Source: Narcine bancroftii
Lineage: Eukaryota
Direction: 5' to 3'
NCBI RefSeq assembly: GCF_036971445.1
Contig: NC_091473.1
Location: forward strand, 206,584,001-206,648,000
Length of the DNA stretch: 64,000 nt
Shown: piece by piece, positions 52,699-64,000 of the stretch
Position numbering within the stretch: position 1 is the first letter of the stretch
How the letters are laid out: every line of letters begins with the position of its first letter
Notes under the pieces: generated by a model
Told to the model about the DNA's origin: nothing
The model's database searches: none
The model's input: the letters and a program-made list of their open reading frames with translations, nothing else
Translations under genes and position numbers: made by a program

Positions 52699-54805
52699 CT
52701 CAGAAGCTTTTATTCACCCAAGATGGACACCAAACCATTAAAAGGGATCTATTGGGAAAATCTGAGAATCCAGCCGCATATCAGGGGAACCAGCTGAGAA
52801 AATAGAAGCTGGGAACAGAACAAGAAGTAGAAGGCAGTCAAATAATTACAACAGTTTTTAGAACTGCTATTGTGTAGTCAATGACCCCAGAAGTGAAATC
52901 TAAACTTTGGGAGGTGGTAGGGATCGAATCAGTGTCTCATCAACAATTTGGGAATAATGTAGTCCATGCAGTTGAAATGTATCGAATATATAGAAGGAAA
53001 CTAGTCGGGCAGCAAGAGGAGGTGCAAAGAAAGCTGGAGAAAATGCAACTTGAGGAACTTAACAGAAGAGATAAGGAAAATGAACAAGAAACTGCTGCCA
53101 ATAACAATTGATGTAATTACAACTGTATTAAATGAAGCACCGGACTGTGGGGGGGGGGCTGCTCGCTGTGCTGGCAGGTCGGGGCCATAGACTCCCATGC
53201 CAGTAATGAGTATCGTTGGGTGTACATGTCCACAAATGCCAAACCAAGGGCAGTGTAAATTGAAACATCAGCCCCGACAAGACTGGAGCTCCCATGGAGA
53301 AGGGCAGAGAGGCTATTGGCAAAGAAGAATTGGAAATAGACCGGTAGAAAGGGAGGTCGAAAGGCTGTGTTGGGAATGTAATCAGTCAGGACACTTTAGA
53401 AGGGTTTGCCAGAACAGAACTTGGAGCAACAGACTTGTTATGGTCTAGTGAATGACACAGGACCGGTGAGTTCTTACAGCAGGTACTAAATGTGCACAGC
53501 TAACCCAGGTGGGAAGGGACATTATCCAATGGTAACAAGAGAGGCGGAAAATGAACCTATTGTTCAGATTATATTAGAAGGAAACCTAACACTCATGATG
53601 ATTGATACAGGAGCTACGTATACTTGTGTACAACCACAATATGCCTCTCACCTTCCCAAGTCAAGAAAAACTTTTAAAATTGTGGTGTTTTCCGGAAAGG
53701 TGCAGTTGACACAATTTACAGCCCCAGTACGTTTAAAAATGATCAATAAAGACATTGTTTTGCTAATATTAGTTTCTGAAGCAACACCGAATAATTTACT
53801 AGGTAGAGATGCCTTGTGTAAAACAGAATTAAGATTAGAATGCACCAGGCCGGGCTTAAATTTGGAAAGATCAAGCACTCAGCTGGCAGTATATGAAGCC
53901 AATATAGCCAGCGAATAATGGATAGGCGGGGGGGATAGAGGATCAGATCTGAGAGACCTGGAGTATGTGAAGGGAGGGCATGTTGGCCATATTATCCTAG
54001 GGCCACACCGCCCAATTTCGAGTCACACTACATTATTTTCGATGGCACTGGAGGACAACTGGCAGACGGGAGCGTTAGAAAGGCACTATATAAAATGAAA
54101 AGCTATAACAGTTGGAAAACGGGGCAGCCTCTAACATCAGATGAGATGATTTGATTTCCTAGAAAGATGGTACTCGGAAGCACCCCATATGTCGCTTATT
54201 GAAAATAAACGATATCAGTCCAAGGATTTGAGTCCCCTGGTAAAACAAGCAGGTGCTGTCACTGAATGGACACAAATTACACAGAAGTATGGATGTCTCT
54301 GAATAATTAATATATAAAAATAGAAGTGAATATAAACATGATATGGATATCAAAATTTTGTTGAAATAACCCCCCATCTAAACATGTCAGTACTAAGGAC
54401 GAGAGGACCACAACAAGACAACATCCATCTTGTGGGCACAGCATCACGCAGATGTAGGAATAGTAAAGTCACCTAACTCAGTGTTAGTGCATTTAAAACA
54501 GGGACCAATTCCACATTGGAGACCACAATATCCTCTGAAACCAGAAGAGGAAGAATCTATGTCACTAACAAGACAAGGATGACTGGAAGCAGGAGTCCTT
54601 CTAAAACCAAATAGCCCCTGAAACACCTCTCTACTACTGGTTCTAAAAGGAGACAAATCAAAATGGAGACTAATACATGATTTACGAGCAGTTAATGATG
54701 TAGTAAGAGATGAACAGACACTGTTGTCTGATGTCCCGCCAGCTGCATCCTACTTCTCGATGACTGATTTCTCTATGTTCACCGTTCTTTAGTGTTTCTT
54801 TAGTG

Positions 54806-55181
54806 CAGTGGTTCCCAACCTTTTTCTTCCAACTCACATACCACTTTAAGCATTCCCTATGTCATTGGTGCTCTGTGATTAGTAAGGGATTGCTTAAGGT
54901 GGTATGTGAGTGTGAAGAGAAGGTTAAGAGCCATTGCTCTCGACCCAATGGTTACCAAAATATTTTGCTTAAGAAAAATTGTCATTGGCCCATTTCCTTT
55001 GGAGAGATGAAACCGTGCGCTTAACAAGTCAATTAGGCAAGATTAAAACAGTGGTTTTTAAATGTAATTATTTCCACCCACCTACCACCTTAAGCAATCC
55101 TTTACTAATCACAAAGCACCTATGGCGTAGGGAATACTTAAAGTGGTATGTGAGTTCGAAGAAAAATGTTGGGAACCACTG
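54806..55181. mobile_element. hAT (Charlie-like) MITE, 376 bp
   Basis: TIRs cagtggttcccaac...gttgggaaccactg with long subterminal inverted match. 8-bp TSD ctttagtg / ctttagcg. Inserted in ERV RT. Confidence 0.92.
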
Positions 55182-58100
55182 CTTTAGCGGATCAGTGTCC
55201 ATATTTGTTTGCCTTTACTTATAGAGGCACTATATATACCTACACCAGGATGCCACAAGGGTTTAAACACTCACACATGTCTTAAATCAGGTGCTGAAGC
55301 CAGACTTGGAGGGGACACCCCTGGAAAGTACAGTACGTAGTTGAATTGTTGCTCTGTTCTAAAATCAAGGAGCAGTGTGAACAAGATACTTTAACACTTA
55401 AAAAAAACTTTCTTATGGAGGTCACAAGGTGTCCAAACCAAACTTCAGTATTGTGAGCAACAAGTGGAATACCTTGGTAGGATAATATCTAAAGTAACAA
55501 AGTCAATAGCACCAGATAAGATTGAAGCAATAATTAAGGCTGCAAACCCCCAGACAGTGGGACAAATTATGAGGTTTTTGGGAATGGCAGGAGAGAGTTC
55601 AAACTGGGTTGGGGAATATGCTGAAATTGTGATGCCATTATGAAAGATAATGAAAGAAGCAGGAAACACACGTTATAAATGTGTTTTACAGTAGAATGAG
55701 GAGGCGGAAGCAGTGTTAAATACTATTAAGCAGGAATTACAGTCAGCCCCGGCCTTAGCATTACCCAGCTACGAGAAGGTGTTTCACCTCTTTGTGTCTA
55801 ATATAAAGTACGGTATGTTACTGCAGTATTGATGCTGGAAACGCGTATAGGAAAATCAAGACAACCAATTGCATATTATAGCACAAGTTTGGATCAGGTA
55901 TCAGGCAGTGGCTGCGCTGTACTATGTGTATGAAAAAGCAACATCCGTGACTTTAGGCTATTATGTCATCATATACACACATCATAATATCGTAGCACTA
56001 CTGCACATGAGGAAAATTGTACTGACACCGGGTAGGATAACAGCATTACAGACATAACCGTACAGAGATGCACAACATGTAACATAGCGGACTATGTCCC
56101 ACTTGATTATGAAGGAGACCCCATGACTGTGTAGAGAAAACAATGGTATTTGCTAAGTTAAGGACAGGTTAACAGTCAGAACCACAGAATGGTGAGGACA
56201 GGAAAATCTTATTTGTAGATGTCACTTGATACAGGGTGATCCCTGTAATCAGGCAGGATTTTCAGTAGTTCAACAGGATAACTCGGACTTTAAGGCGATC
56301 CAGCTGGAAACCTGTCCACAATGTTGCTCTGCCCAACTGACGTACATTAAGGCTCTGTCAGTAACCAGTGAAATTATGGAAAGAAAGAAGGTTAACATTT
56401 ATGCAGATTCAACATTTGTTCACGGAGTATGCCGTTTGATTGGAGCTGTGTGAAAACAGAGAGGTTTTAGGAAAAGCCATGGAGATCCCATATAGCATAT
56501 TAGGCGTATTTCAGAGCACTAACAAAGCCTAGAGCACTGGCCACCATTATATGCAAGCACAAAAGACATTTTATGGTCTGTCTTTAGATTCAAAACCTCT
56601 TCTCTCTTTTGATCGTTTTCTTCAATATCTGAATGTTAACGGAAGATTGATTGCATTCCTTCCTCGCGTACAGATAATGAATATTAACACTCTCCATGGC
56701 ATCTGCAATCTCATTTACGTTCCAGAATCATTATTGCTAACGTGTCACCAGCAACCGCTGAGATTAAAGGGAGAAAAAATAAATGAACACAAAATATCGG
56801 CTTCACCCACTGAGATCAAGAAGTGCCAATTTTCTGCTGGCAGACTACATACTTGTTAATCATAGAGATCAATTTATTTACAACCTTCGTGGAAACGTCG
56901 ATTTGGCTCAACGTCAGGAAAACCATCAATTTTACGGATTTAGAAATCCCGACGGAGAATAGTCCGCTTTAGCCCTCGAGCCTGCTCAGTGTTTTCCTAC
57001 CGGATTTGCTACATGTGTTGCTTTCCCATAAATCGTCTTTTTCTCATCTTTCAAACAGATGTCCATTTTTTCGAAAACACACACAATGAACTGGACTCCA
57101 CAAACCTTCAGGCTTGGAATTTCCAGTATTCTGCAATGCATTGGGATATCATATCGAGACGAACCTCAGTTGAAAAATATTATTGTTATCCTGTCATCAA
57201 AACCATTTATTCAATAATCTACCACTATTGAAAGTTATATGACGTCTAATCGTTCATTTCTTGTCAGCAACAAACATAATTCAATTACATACTTCATTAT
57301 TTGATATATCCTGAACACTTGTTAAAAGACCACGAAAAAGATTCTGGAGTACGATGCGTTCCATAAACAGCCACAAGTATTAGTTGAACTATATTAAATT
57401 TAAAAATTATGAACAAATGGAAGGAAACCATCAGTGCCCTAGCATTATACAGTAAGTATCGATCAATATTTAACTACTCACAAAGTGATATTTGCTAATT
57501 TTCTCTTTTAAAATTGCCGGAATCTATATCATTCACAATCATTAAATGTTGCGGATATCAGGAATATTCGTTCTTTGGAGATGTTCAGTTTTAGTTCAAG
57601 GTATTATCTGCTGCAAAAGAAACTAATGAACTCTCATTAATAAAAGGTATACACACACCCCTCTCTTGTGCTCAAACACATGCCAAGACTTTTTGCATAG
57701 GTTCATGAAGGGTACAAGCCTGAAATATCAGTTTAGATTTTTATCCATTGTTTTTTCAAGGCCACTGCTTGAGCTGCTAAGTTTATCCAGTATTGTGTGT
57801 TTTTAGAGAAGTCCTTAAGTATATCCACAAAATAATCGTGAAAGGTATTGACGCATGAATATTCTGACCATGTGATTTTTGTGCGAAAAAATGAAAAATG
57901 TATATTCGGTTGTCAAGACTGATATTATTCAACAATACGATCAATAGAATTCCTTGACAAATTGGACATGTCGATAATAATCTCTGCTGTAAAATGTTGT
58001 GCTATATTAGAAGCAGAAAAATAAAAACATACTTATTGTTCCTTGGGATCAATTTTGTTTACTCAGTTCTCTTTGACAACCTCCACGTTCCAGAAATAAG

Positions 58101-58419
58101 AAGAAAAAAACGCCCATGCCAAATGGACAACAATGTACTGTAACATCTTATTTTATCACTGTGTTCCTTCTGATATCGAGATAGTCACTGGCCCAGAGAC
58201 AGCTGCAAGCATAATAGCAGACAGTTGGTTTGGTCTCTGAAAAGATACTGAGTGCTGATTTGACTGAGTAGTCATAGACCCCAAGTTTGTAATATCTGCA
58301 TCCTTTGTTAATTACGGTGGCTTTTGTTGCTGTAATAGCGAAGTGCCTATGTGGTCCAACACAGTTTCTGCAAACTGAATTGATTCACATAATGAACATT
58401 TACTGTGTTTTGCAGTTGG

Positions 58420-58600
58420 TGCGAAAAGCATGTGGGCGGTGTCTTCAAAGCAAACGAGGTCTCGAGTGCAGATCTAATTAATCGACACTCACTCCACGCC
58501 CAATCCCAAACCAGCACCACCAACTGAATCAGTAGAATCTAGAACATACTTAAGACTGAGAACAGTTCCATGAGGACCCAATATTTCCTTCTTTTGAAAC
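58420..58600 (+). promoter_or_regulatory. Putative proximal promoter of V-B
   Basis: GC box at 58433 and CCAAT at 58500. The CRE-like site reads cgaggtct here. Confidence 0.4.
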
Positions 58601-59053
58601 ATGAAAGTACTTGTCATTTGGATTGTTTTCGTGTCATATGTTGCAGGTATAATTATAATGAACAATTTAATTCATTTATCCGAACAGAGATTAGGCATCA
58701 GCTATAATCATCAGCCAGTCTAACTAGAAATATTTGTTATTTTCAGATCGTGGTAATGGAAATTCTGTCATACAAACTAAGTCCTCAGAGGTGAAGCCAG
58801 AAGGTGAGGCGGTGAAATTCACATGCACTTATGATACTACAGAGAGCTACTATCAACTAATCTGGTACCGGCAGCAACAAGGCAAAGGTATAGAGTTTGT
58901 TATTGGAAAATATTCGTATGGTTCTGAAGAAAAAGCTGATTTCGCTCAAAACCGCTTCTCTGCTGACCTCAAGACCACAAGAAAATACATCAGTTTAACC
59001 ATTTCGGCGCTACAGCTGAGAGACTCTGGCATTTATTACTGCAGCTTCAGACG
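58601..59053 (+). CDS. TRAV/TRDV: T-cell receptor alpha/delta variable gene segment V-B (germline, apparently functional)
   Basis: Leader exon 58601-58646 (MKVLVIWIVFVSYVA), GT-AG intron 58647-58746 and V exon 58747-59053 in frame. Has VKFTC, WYRQ and DSGIYYC, and abuts a 23-RSS. Confidence 0.92.
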
Positions 59054-59092
59054 CACAGTGAGCGAAATCAAATAAAACTTCTTACAAAATCT
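59054..59092 (+). promoter_or_regulatory. Recombination signal sequence, 23-bp spacer (V-B)
   Basis: CACAGTG + 23 nt + ACAAAATCT, identical to 48264-48302. Confidence 0.95.
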
Positions 59093-60442
59093 CCAAACAC
59101 TCCAAATCTCTATTTCACGTCGGTAGGCGATAATTAAGCACATGATTGCTTTTGTGGTTTTCCGTTACTTTGAAGTCGAGATGAATATTTCGAGATTCAT
59201 TTGATTACAATCTCTGGGTTTACTGCTCGTGGTTCTTCTCACATGCTGGAAATTGTATTTCGAATGTCTGTGCACATGTTCATCGCATCTTCCCTCACTC
59301 ATTTTAGCATGAACATTTGAAGGCTTTGATAAGCTTGGCGTGATATCATATTTCTAACAGAATTCTTACTCCTTCTTACCCCTCTGAAATTTTGTTAATA
59401 TCTCAGCGACAGCCAATCCTACACCAACCTATCTATTCGTAGAATAGCTCAGGCCGTAGTCTCTGCAGGAACAACATGTATTTTGCTGTGGTCAGTCCAG
59501 AGCACGGTGATATGAACACGGAATTTTCCAATTTCAGGGAAGAAAGACCCCACTCTTATTCCCAGCTACTTCATTTCTTTCCATTTCTCAACCAATATTC
59601 CACAAGGCCCCCAAACCCAAAGGACATTCTTATCACCTCAGGGTTTCCTAATCAATCGCCAATATTTCCACAGGATTGTTCTTATCCCGATGTATCCAAT
59701 GTAATTTCCTCAATATTTCTCGCGCACCTCGCTCTATAATCCTTTACTCTTAACAGATTTCAGCATCGAAGGTATTTATCTCCACTTATAACCTGTTTCA
59801 CCTTACCTCACTCACCGTTCACCTCAACATTGTTTCATTCATTCTCGACTCATTATGTAGCATATGCTAATCAACTCTCTCTGTTTATTAACTTTCATTG
59901 TCCTGGTAATAAATCCCAACGGTCTCAACAATTCATCCCACCTGCATCATACAATCTCCCCAATCTACTGTACATGTGATCAGTAGTTCAAGTTCCAAAC
60001 GTCAGAATTAATTTTTTACGCTGACATACCTTTCCCAGGTTACTTTCTCTGACAGGTCGTTTTTGGCAAAAGCCCAGTGATCTTTAGATTAACATATATT
60101 TTCATAAATGAACAGAAATATACGGGTTAAGCAACACTTATTTATATCAGTGTGCATAAAACCCTACACTTAAAAAATGAGATAAATTAATAGGATATTT
60201 CTTGACAAATGAGGATGAAAACAACTGTTTTCTCCCTCGCAAAAAGAGGAAGAAACATAAATGATGTTAGTAAAGGGCTTCAATTCCCCTCAGTCTTCCT
60301 CCTCCGATCTACGTGACTATTTATAATTATTTTGCATGACTATTTCTGTACCATTTTCCTGCCTTTTATTCCTTTAATTTTCATTATTTCCGATACCCAG
60401 ACCTGATTCAAACACGTTAGCAGATGGGATGATGTACGTTAC

Positions 60443-63330
60443 ACAGGCAGGAGACGTTTTGTGGATACTACCCTAAAAGTTTTATGATTATTCACGGGCA
60501 AAACAGGTAAGCATGAAAAGTAGGATTCAAATGAGTGAGATTATGGGAAACGCCTCCGAAATGGGGTCAGCCATACATGTGTAAAATAAAGGAGTGGCCT
60601 AAGGAAATAAGGTAGAGCTAGGAAAGGTTTCGGGATAAAAAAAAACTTGAAAAAGTAAAAATAACAATAAGAGCATTGAACCTTTTAAATAAGCGCGTAA
60701 GAAAAGACAAGCACGATGAGGATAGCCACTGCTGATGAGATATTAAGTAACAGGTTCCCAGTAGATAAAGATGATATTGTAAAAACATCTGAAAATTGAG
60801 AAGAGAAAACAAAAAAGTTGTTAGCCAAGTGGCCAAGGAGAGGCACTTTAGATATAAGCCTATGTGATGACATGAAAGTATTGGTCGAGAATTATAAACC
60901 TAAAGACAAATCGGAAGCACGAACATGAAAGAGAGAGAAGGAGCAGGAATTACTGAAGCTATTTAGAGCAGAAGGAGAAAGATTGAGGAAGTTGAGTCAG
61001 CAGTAGTCACAGGAAATGCTGCTGAAAAACAGGAAGGTAAGATCAACCTATATCCGGATGTAAGAAAGTTAGAAATACCCCACCGTATTGGGAAAAGCAA
61101 TGCTCAGTGACAAAAGAAATATAGACATGGAGGGGGAGATAGAAGTTTATACAGATGAAGATAAGAAAAACTATTATTCAGCAAAAAGGGAGAATGAAAA
61201 TAGAATACAGAAGAACGGGAGAGAGAGAGAGATGCTACAGAAATAGAAATAATTAACAAAGAAATTGAGTTGAGAGATAGAAGATGTAATTAAGCAAATA
61301 CATGAAGCAAAGCACGGAAAGTGTATGCAGAATATAAGTGGTTTAAAACGAATGCTAGGAGAAAATAAGAATATGACGGGAAATGGAAAGTAACCCGACA
61401 AAGATACAGTGGAAGAAACTAAAAATAAAAACAAGAGCCAAGGAAATACGAGGAAGAAAATGGACTCAGTGAGATAAGATGGGGTGAGCCAAAAGCAGAA
61501 ATAAACTCACAACTGGGGATATAAACAGAATATGAAACAGACGATGAATGAACAGACAGCGAGAGAGGGGGAGAATACCCTCTATTAATTAAAGGACGGG
61601 GTGAAACACGATATGTAGCTTGTGGGACTCAGGACATAGAAGGACTGCTAAATGATCCGCGCAATATTTATGAGGGAGCAGGAAAGTGGATTATGCTGCT
61701 GGAGGACGCCACTACGGGACATGCTGGATATGGGAGATTTGAAGGCACTGCTGGTTAGGATGGTGGGAACCTAAAATGAGAGGAATGGTGATGCGGCCAG
61801 GAGTCCCAAATGCTGATGACCCAGAGACAAATGGTGCCAGCTTTGATAAAATGTGACCGAATGTGTGGCAGGGACTCAGAAGCTTTTATCTACCCAAAGT
61901 TGACACCAAAGCATTAAAAGTGGATCCATTGGGAGGATCTCAGAATCCAGCCACATAGCTGGAGAATCAGCTCCGAAAATGGAATCTGGGAACAGAACAA
62001 GACGTTGAAGGACGTCAAATTATTAAAACATTGTTTATAACTGCTATTGTGGCGGAAATGACCCCAGAAGTGAAATCTAAACTTGGGTACGTGATAGGGA
62101 TCGAATCAATGCATCATCAACAATTTGGGAATAATGTTGTCCATGCAGTTGAAATGTTTCGAACATATAGAAGGAAACAACCCGAGCAGCAAGAGGAGGT
62201 GCAAAGAAAGTTGGAGAAAATGCAGCTTGAGGAAATTAAAATGAGAGATAAGGAAAATGAACAAGAAAATGCTGCCAATAACAAACCATCTGATTGCAAC
62301 TGAACTCTATCAGGCACCGGACTGTGGGGGGCGGCTCGCTGTGCTGCCAGTTCGGGGCCAGAGAATCCCATGTCAGTAATGAGTATCGATGGGGGTACGT
62401 GTCAACAAACGCCAAACTAAGGGCAGGGTAAATTCAAACATCAGTCCCGACAGGACTGGAGCTCCTAAGGTGGAGGGCAGAGAGGCTATTGGCAAAGAAG
62501 AATTGGAAATAGACGGGTAGAAAGAGAGATCGAAAGGCTGTGTTGGGAATGTAATCAGTCAGGACACTTTAGAAGGGATTGCGAGAACAGACCTTGGAGC
62601 AACTGATCTGTCATTCTCTCGTGAACATCACAACACCGGTGAACCCTTACAGAAGTTACTAAAGGTGCACAGAGAACCCTGGTGGGAAGGGACATCACCC
62701 AATGGTAACAAGAGTGGCGGAAAAAAGAACCTATTACACAGACTACATTAGAAGGAAACTTAACACCTATGATGATAGATACATGAGCATACATACCATA
62801 ATGTATGGTATATACATACATACCACAATATGCCTCTCACCTTCCCAAGTCAAGAAAATGTGTTAAAACTGTAGTGTCCTAGGGAAAAGTACAGTTGACA
62901 CAATTTGGAACAACCAGTGGGACACACCGCCTAATTTTGAGTTACACTGTACCGTAATTTCGATGAAAATTAGAATAAGGCACTTGAGGACAACTGGCAG
63001 ACGGGAGCGTCAGTACTGCACTATCTAAAAGGAGAAGCTATAATAGTTGGAAAACGGAGCACCCTTGAAAATCAGCTGGGATTCTTTTCTAGAGAGATGG
63101 TACGGGGCACCAGGCAGCACCCCATGTGTCGCTACTTGTAAATAAATGATACCAGTCCAAGGATTTGGGTCCCTTGATAAACTAAGCGGGTGCTGTTACT
63201 GAATGGACACAAATTACACCAAAAGTATGGACATCTCTGACTAATGACTATATAAAAATAGAAATGAATATAAACATGATATGGATATCACAAATTGTTG
63301 AAATAACCCCCCAACTAAACATGTCAATAA
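60443..63330 (+). mobile_element. ERV gag-pro remnant, copy B
   Basis: MGNASE at 60543, CWECNQSGHFRRDC knuckle and TAA at 62660. Deletion at about 62905, truncated at about 63330. Confidence 0.88.
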
Positions 63331-64000
63331 TCGGGACATCCAAGAAGCCATATACTTTTGGCAAACAGAAGGAAGGAAAAATTAACCGATCCATTTGGTT
63401 AACCTTTGTTTTCTCTATTTCGGGAGAAAGATAAGTAATCTCAATGAATAATTCAAAGACTTTATTAAAGTTTACAGACTAGGCAGGGAGGATACTTGAC
63501 TGTCCCGAACACTGGTCCTCACAGGCTTCATTCTGTTGAATCCTCTGAGCATTGCACTGTATGCATCCTGTTGCTGTTATGGCTACTTTCTTTCTGCGTA
63601 AATCCAATGGCGTTGCAAAAAGAGTACCCTTCAAATCCTAAAAGATACATGGACATAGATGAGCAAGTCGTCAATTACACCAGGCCCATTTGATTTTTAG
63701 GCTGATATTTCATTACATAAATATTAAACATGAACGTTTCATATCATCTGTGATACGGTCTGATACATATCAGATCGAAACCATCATGGGAAGAGGCTAG
63801 GAAAAATCTTTCTCTACTTCATAGAGCAGAGAGTATTTCCAGGCATATCATCATGACGACCTAATATCCACTTTTGCTATTTATTACAGATGGTACACTG
63901 CAACATGAGTACCCTGGTGATTGTTGATGATTGGGTTCGAGACGCTTTGTTAAATGACTGAAATTCTGGTTCAGCAAGATATAGTGATGAATTCAGAAAA

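Larger units (their letters stand above)
46081..54390 (+). repeat. Segmental duplication, cassette A (promoter-V-RSS-Z-ERV gag/pro)
   Basis: Colinear with 56565-63330 apart from two A-specific L1 insertions and small indels. V offset is 10790 bp. Confidence 0.93.
49645..56565 (+). mobile_element. Class I-like ERV internal region (gag-pro-RT-RNase H), LTR-less and degraded; copy A
   Basis: Gag start MGNTSE at 49748, CCHC knuckle CWECNQSGHFRRVC at 53368, stop at 53487-53489 in frame with protease MIDTGATY..NLLGRDAL. RT motifs KWRLIHDLRAVN, YTYTRMPQGFKHS and VEYLG. RNase H motifs LFVD and VNIYADS. Confidence 0.9.
56565..63330 (+). repeat. Segmental duplication, cassette B
   Basis: Begins in the 3' end of X, fused to the truncated ERV RNase H of cassette A. 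Colinear with 46081-54390. Confidence 0.93.

Noticed and set aside
47811-59092. NAR-TCR supporting V-delta, IgNAR V or Ig-like V segments
   Set aside because: Both V segments have their own leader exon and only the two canonical cysteines, and no upstream NAR V-D-J cluster, 12-RSS or FGxG J motif was found.

Overview
Eukaryotic, AT-rich, repeat-dense DNA from the variable-segment region of a T-cell receptor alpha/delta locus. The V family and repeat repertoire (CR1, Penelope, Rex1, L1/Tx1, RTE, class I ERV) suggest a cartilaginous fish; the species cannot be determined from the sequence. The only host genes are two apparently intact V segments (47811-48263 and 58601-59053, +), each with a leader exon, a 100-bp intron and a 23-spacer RSS. 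They lie in paralogous cassettes of the form [minus-strand L1]-X-promoter-V-RSS-Z-[ERV gag/pro/pol]. Two more partial cassettes (about 18.5-20.2 kb and 27.4-36.85 kb) have lost their V, and a Z-like piece at 2.3-3.75 kb suggests another cassette upstream of the window. The rest is nested transposon debris, which includes a 5'-inverted (twin-priming-type) RTE LINE, a TSD-less templated copy of a nearby L1 piece, tail-to-tail young RTEs, solo LTRs and a hAT MITE. No D, J or C segments, NAR-TCR features, RNA genes or CRISPR arrays were found, and I cannot support a wholly new biological system. There are three assembly gaps. Boundaries of degraded repeats are approximate and all counts were made by eye.
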